Both the position numbers and the translations under genes were made by a program. This document shows positions 62,619 to 64,000 of a DNA stretch of 64,000 bases, piece by piece. Position 1 is the stretch's first letter; each line of letters begins with the position of its first letter. Origin of the DNA: an uncultured Streptococcus sp. (GTDB lineage Bacteria; Bacillota; Bacilli; Lactobacillales; Aerococcaceae). The stretch spans positions 6,745-70,744 of the forward strand of contig CAUUUT010000001.1 of NCBI GenBank assembly GCA_963548485.1. Reading direction: 5' to 3'. The notes under the pieces are model-generated. The model had not been told where the DNA came from and did no database searches. It worked only from the letters and a program-made list of their open reading frames with translations.

Positions 62619-64000
62619 ATGAGTCAATCACAAAAAGATTTAATGAAAAAAGTGATCGAGCAATTTAATATTGGTGACACAAGTATTTTTTCTCCAGAAT
62701 TTGATGAAGCAAAATTAGTTCGGATTGACATCTCAAAGTTGGATAAAACCTGGACTTTTCACATTCATAATCCAGTCATCTTTATGTATGAAAAGTTCAG
62801 ACTATTTACCAATGCACTAGGTGACACTTACCGTCAATTCGGAGGAAAAGCTGTCATTACAACGGATGAGGGTGCACCTGTTACAGAAGAACTCGTTGAA
62901 TCCTATTGGGAATATGTATTAGAGACATTAAAGGATGAATCTGCAGTTTCTCATCAAATTTTAGCGGATCAAACTCCAAAATATGAGAAAAATCAAATTA
63001 AACTGCATTGTCCAAATGAATTAACAAAGACACACTTAACAAATAATTGTGTTCCAAAAATTCAACAGGCTTATATGGAAGCTGGATTCCCTAAATTAGG
63101 CGTTCAAATCCATGTAGATGGTGAGTTGCAGGAGCTATTAGCAGAAGAATTTATTCAAAAAGAACAACAGATTGAGCAAGCGTTTAATGAAGCTCAAAAA
63201 GCTGCACAACTTGCTGCTGTACAAGCTCCACAAAGAAAAACAGCGAGTGCGACCTCTTCTAAACCAGAAGGCGTCATTTACGGTAAACCAATCAAGTCCA
63301 ATAGTGAAGTTCGTGCGCTTGCAGATATTTTTGAAGAAGAGCGCAATGTCGTTATCGAAGGCAAGATTTTTGATATCGAACTTCGCCGAGGAAAAGCTAA
63401 AGGGAAGTTGTTCGGAAATATTAAATTAACAGACTATACTTCTTCCATCAGTGCGACTTTATTCCCATCAACTCCTGAAGATGAACAAGCCCTTGAAGGG
63501 TTAAAAAAAGGAACATGGGTTAGAGCCTTCGGTACGATTGAAGTGAATAAGTTCTCTCAAGAATTGGGTATGATTATCCGAGATATGACTGCTGTAAACC
63601 ATGAAGGTAGAAAAGATAAGGCAGAAGGCGAAAAACGTGTTGAATTGCATATGCACACAAATATGTCTGTGATGGATGCGACGAATACTCCAAGTGATTT
63701 GATTAGTCAAGCGGCTAAATGGGGACATAAGGCCATTGCGATTACGGATCATGCCAACTTACAGGCTTATCCAGAAGCGCACGGAGCCGGGAAGAAAAAC
63801 GGAATTAAGATTCTGTACGGTTTAGAAGGAAATATCGTTGATGATCATGTTAACGTGGCTTATAATCCGCAACATATTCTTTTAGAAGATGCGACATATG
63901 TTGTTTTCGACGTGGAAACAACTGGTCTTTCTGCGATTTATGACAGTATCATCGAGTTAGCCGCCGTTAAAATGAAGAATGGTGTTGTGATTGATCAGTT
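62619..64000 (+). CDS. polC: DNA polymerase III PolC (3' truncated by window edge; absent from ORF track)
   Basis: AAGGAGG RBS; in-frame PHP motifs RVELHMHTNMS and AITDH; exonuclease motif FDVETTG. Confidence 0.95.
   Translation, partial: MSQSQKDLMKKVIEQFNIGDTSIFSPEFDEAKLVRIDISKLDKTWTFHIHNPVIFMYEKFRLFTNALGDTYRQFGGKAVITTDEGAPVTEELVESYWEYVLETLKDESAVSHQILADQTPKYEKNQIKLHCPNELTKTHLTNNCVPKIQQAYMEAGFPKLGVQIHVDGELQELLAEEFIQKEQQIEQAFNEAQKAAQLAAVQAPQRKTASATSSKPEGVIYGKPIKSNSEVRALADIFEEERNVVIEGKIFDIELRRGKAKGKLFGNIKLTDYTSSISATLFPSTPEDEQALEGLKKGTWVRAFGTIEVNKFSQELGMIIRDMTAVNHEGRKDKAEGEKRVELHMHTNMSVMDATNTPSDLISQAAKWGHKAIAITDHANLQAYPEAHGAGKKNGIKILYGLEGNIVDDHVNVAYNPQHILLEDATYVVFDVETTGLSAIYDSIIELAAVKMKNGVVIDQ

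Noticed and set aside
63172..63752. Short track ORFs 63172-63429 (+) and 63501-63752 (-) suggesting a fragmented gene
   Set aside because: Both lie within the polC frame starting at 62619, whose PHP and exonuclease motifs are in frame with that start

Overview
A 64 kb, AT-rich, gene-dense stretch of core chromosome from a low-GC Firmicute (Lactobacillales). Gene content and order (rpoY-rnjA, pgpH, nfo-zur, comN, a Fur box, stand-alone class II HMG-CoA reductase) suggest a Carnobacteriaceae/Granulicatella-like organism; this is inference, not a database result. About 56 CDSs, nearly all housekeeping: thiI, LytH-like amidase, nfo-zur, rpsU-yqeY-phoH-pgpH, ybeY-dgkA-era-recO, glycine T-box followed by ORF80-glyQ-glyS-obgE-oatA-like-rnz-SDR-recJ-apt, mvaA, rpsD with its S4 leader, tgt-yajC-comN, adhE, mntR-like, ytoI/spxR plus two tandem DHH/DHHA1 paralogues, a 1313-aa LPXTG adhesin, rny, pbp1A-recU, tig-clpX-MFS-engB, dnaG-rpoD, a Fur-boxed Piu/Fat-like iron ABC operon, rnjA-rpoY, HAD-def and uppS-cdsA-rseP-polC (partial). 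I saw no IS, prophage, CRISPR array, rRNA or tRNA. The best leads are an unrecognised 80-aa ORF as first cistron under the glycine T-box, a possible ~11 kb T-box-headed operon, a full-length OatA-like protein with altered catalytic motifs in both domains, a tandem NrnA/Pde2 duplication, a His/Cys-tailed Zur and an orphan immunity-like gene. None of these amounts to a demonstrated new system from sequence alone.
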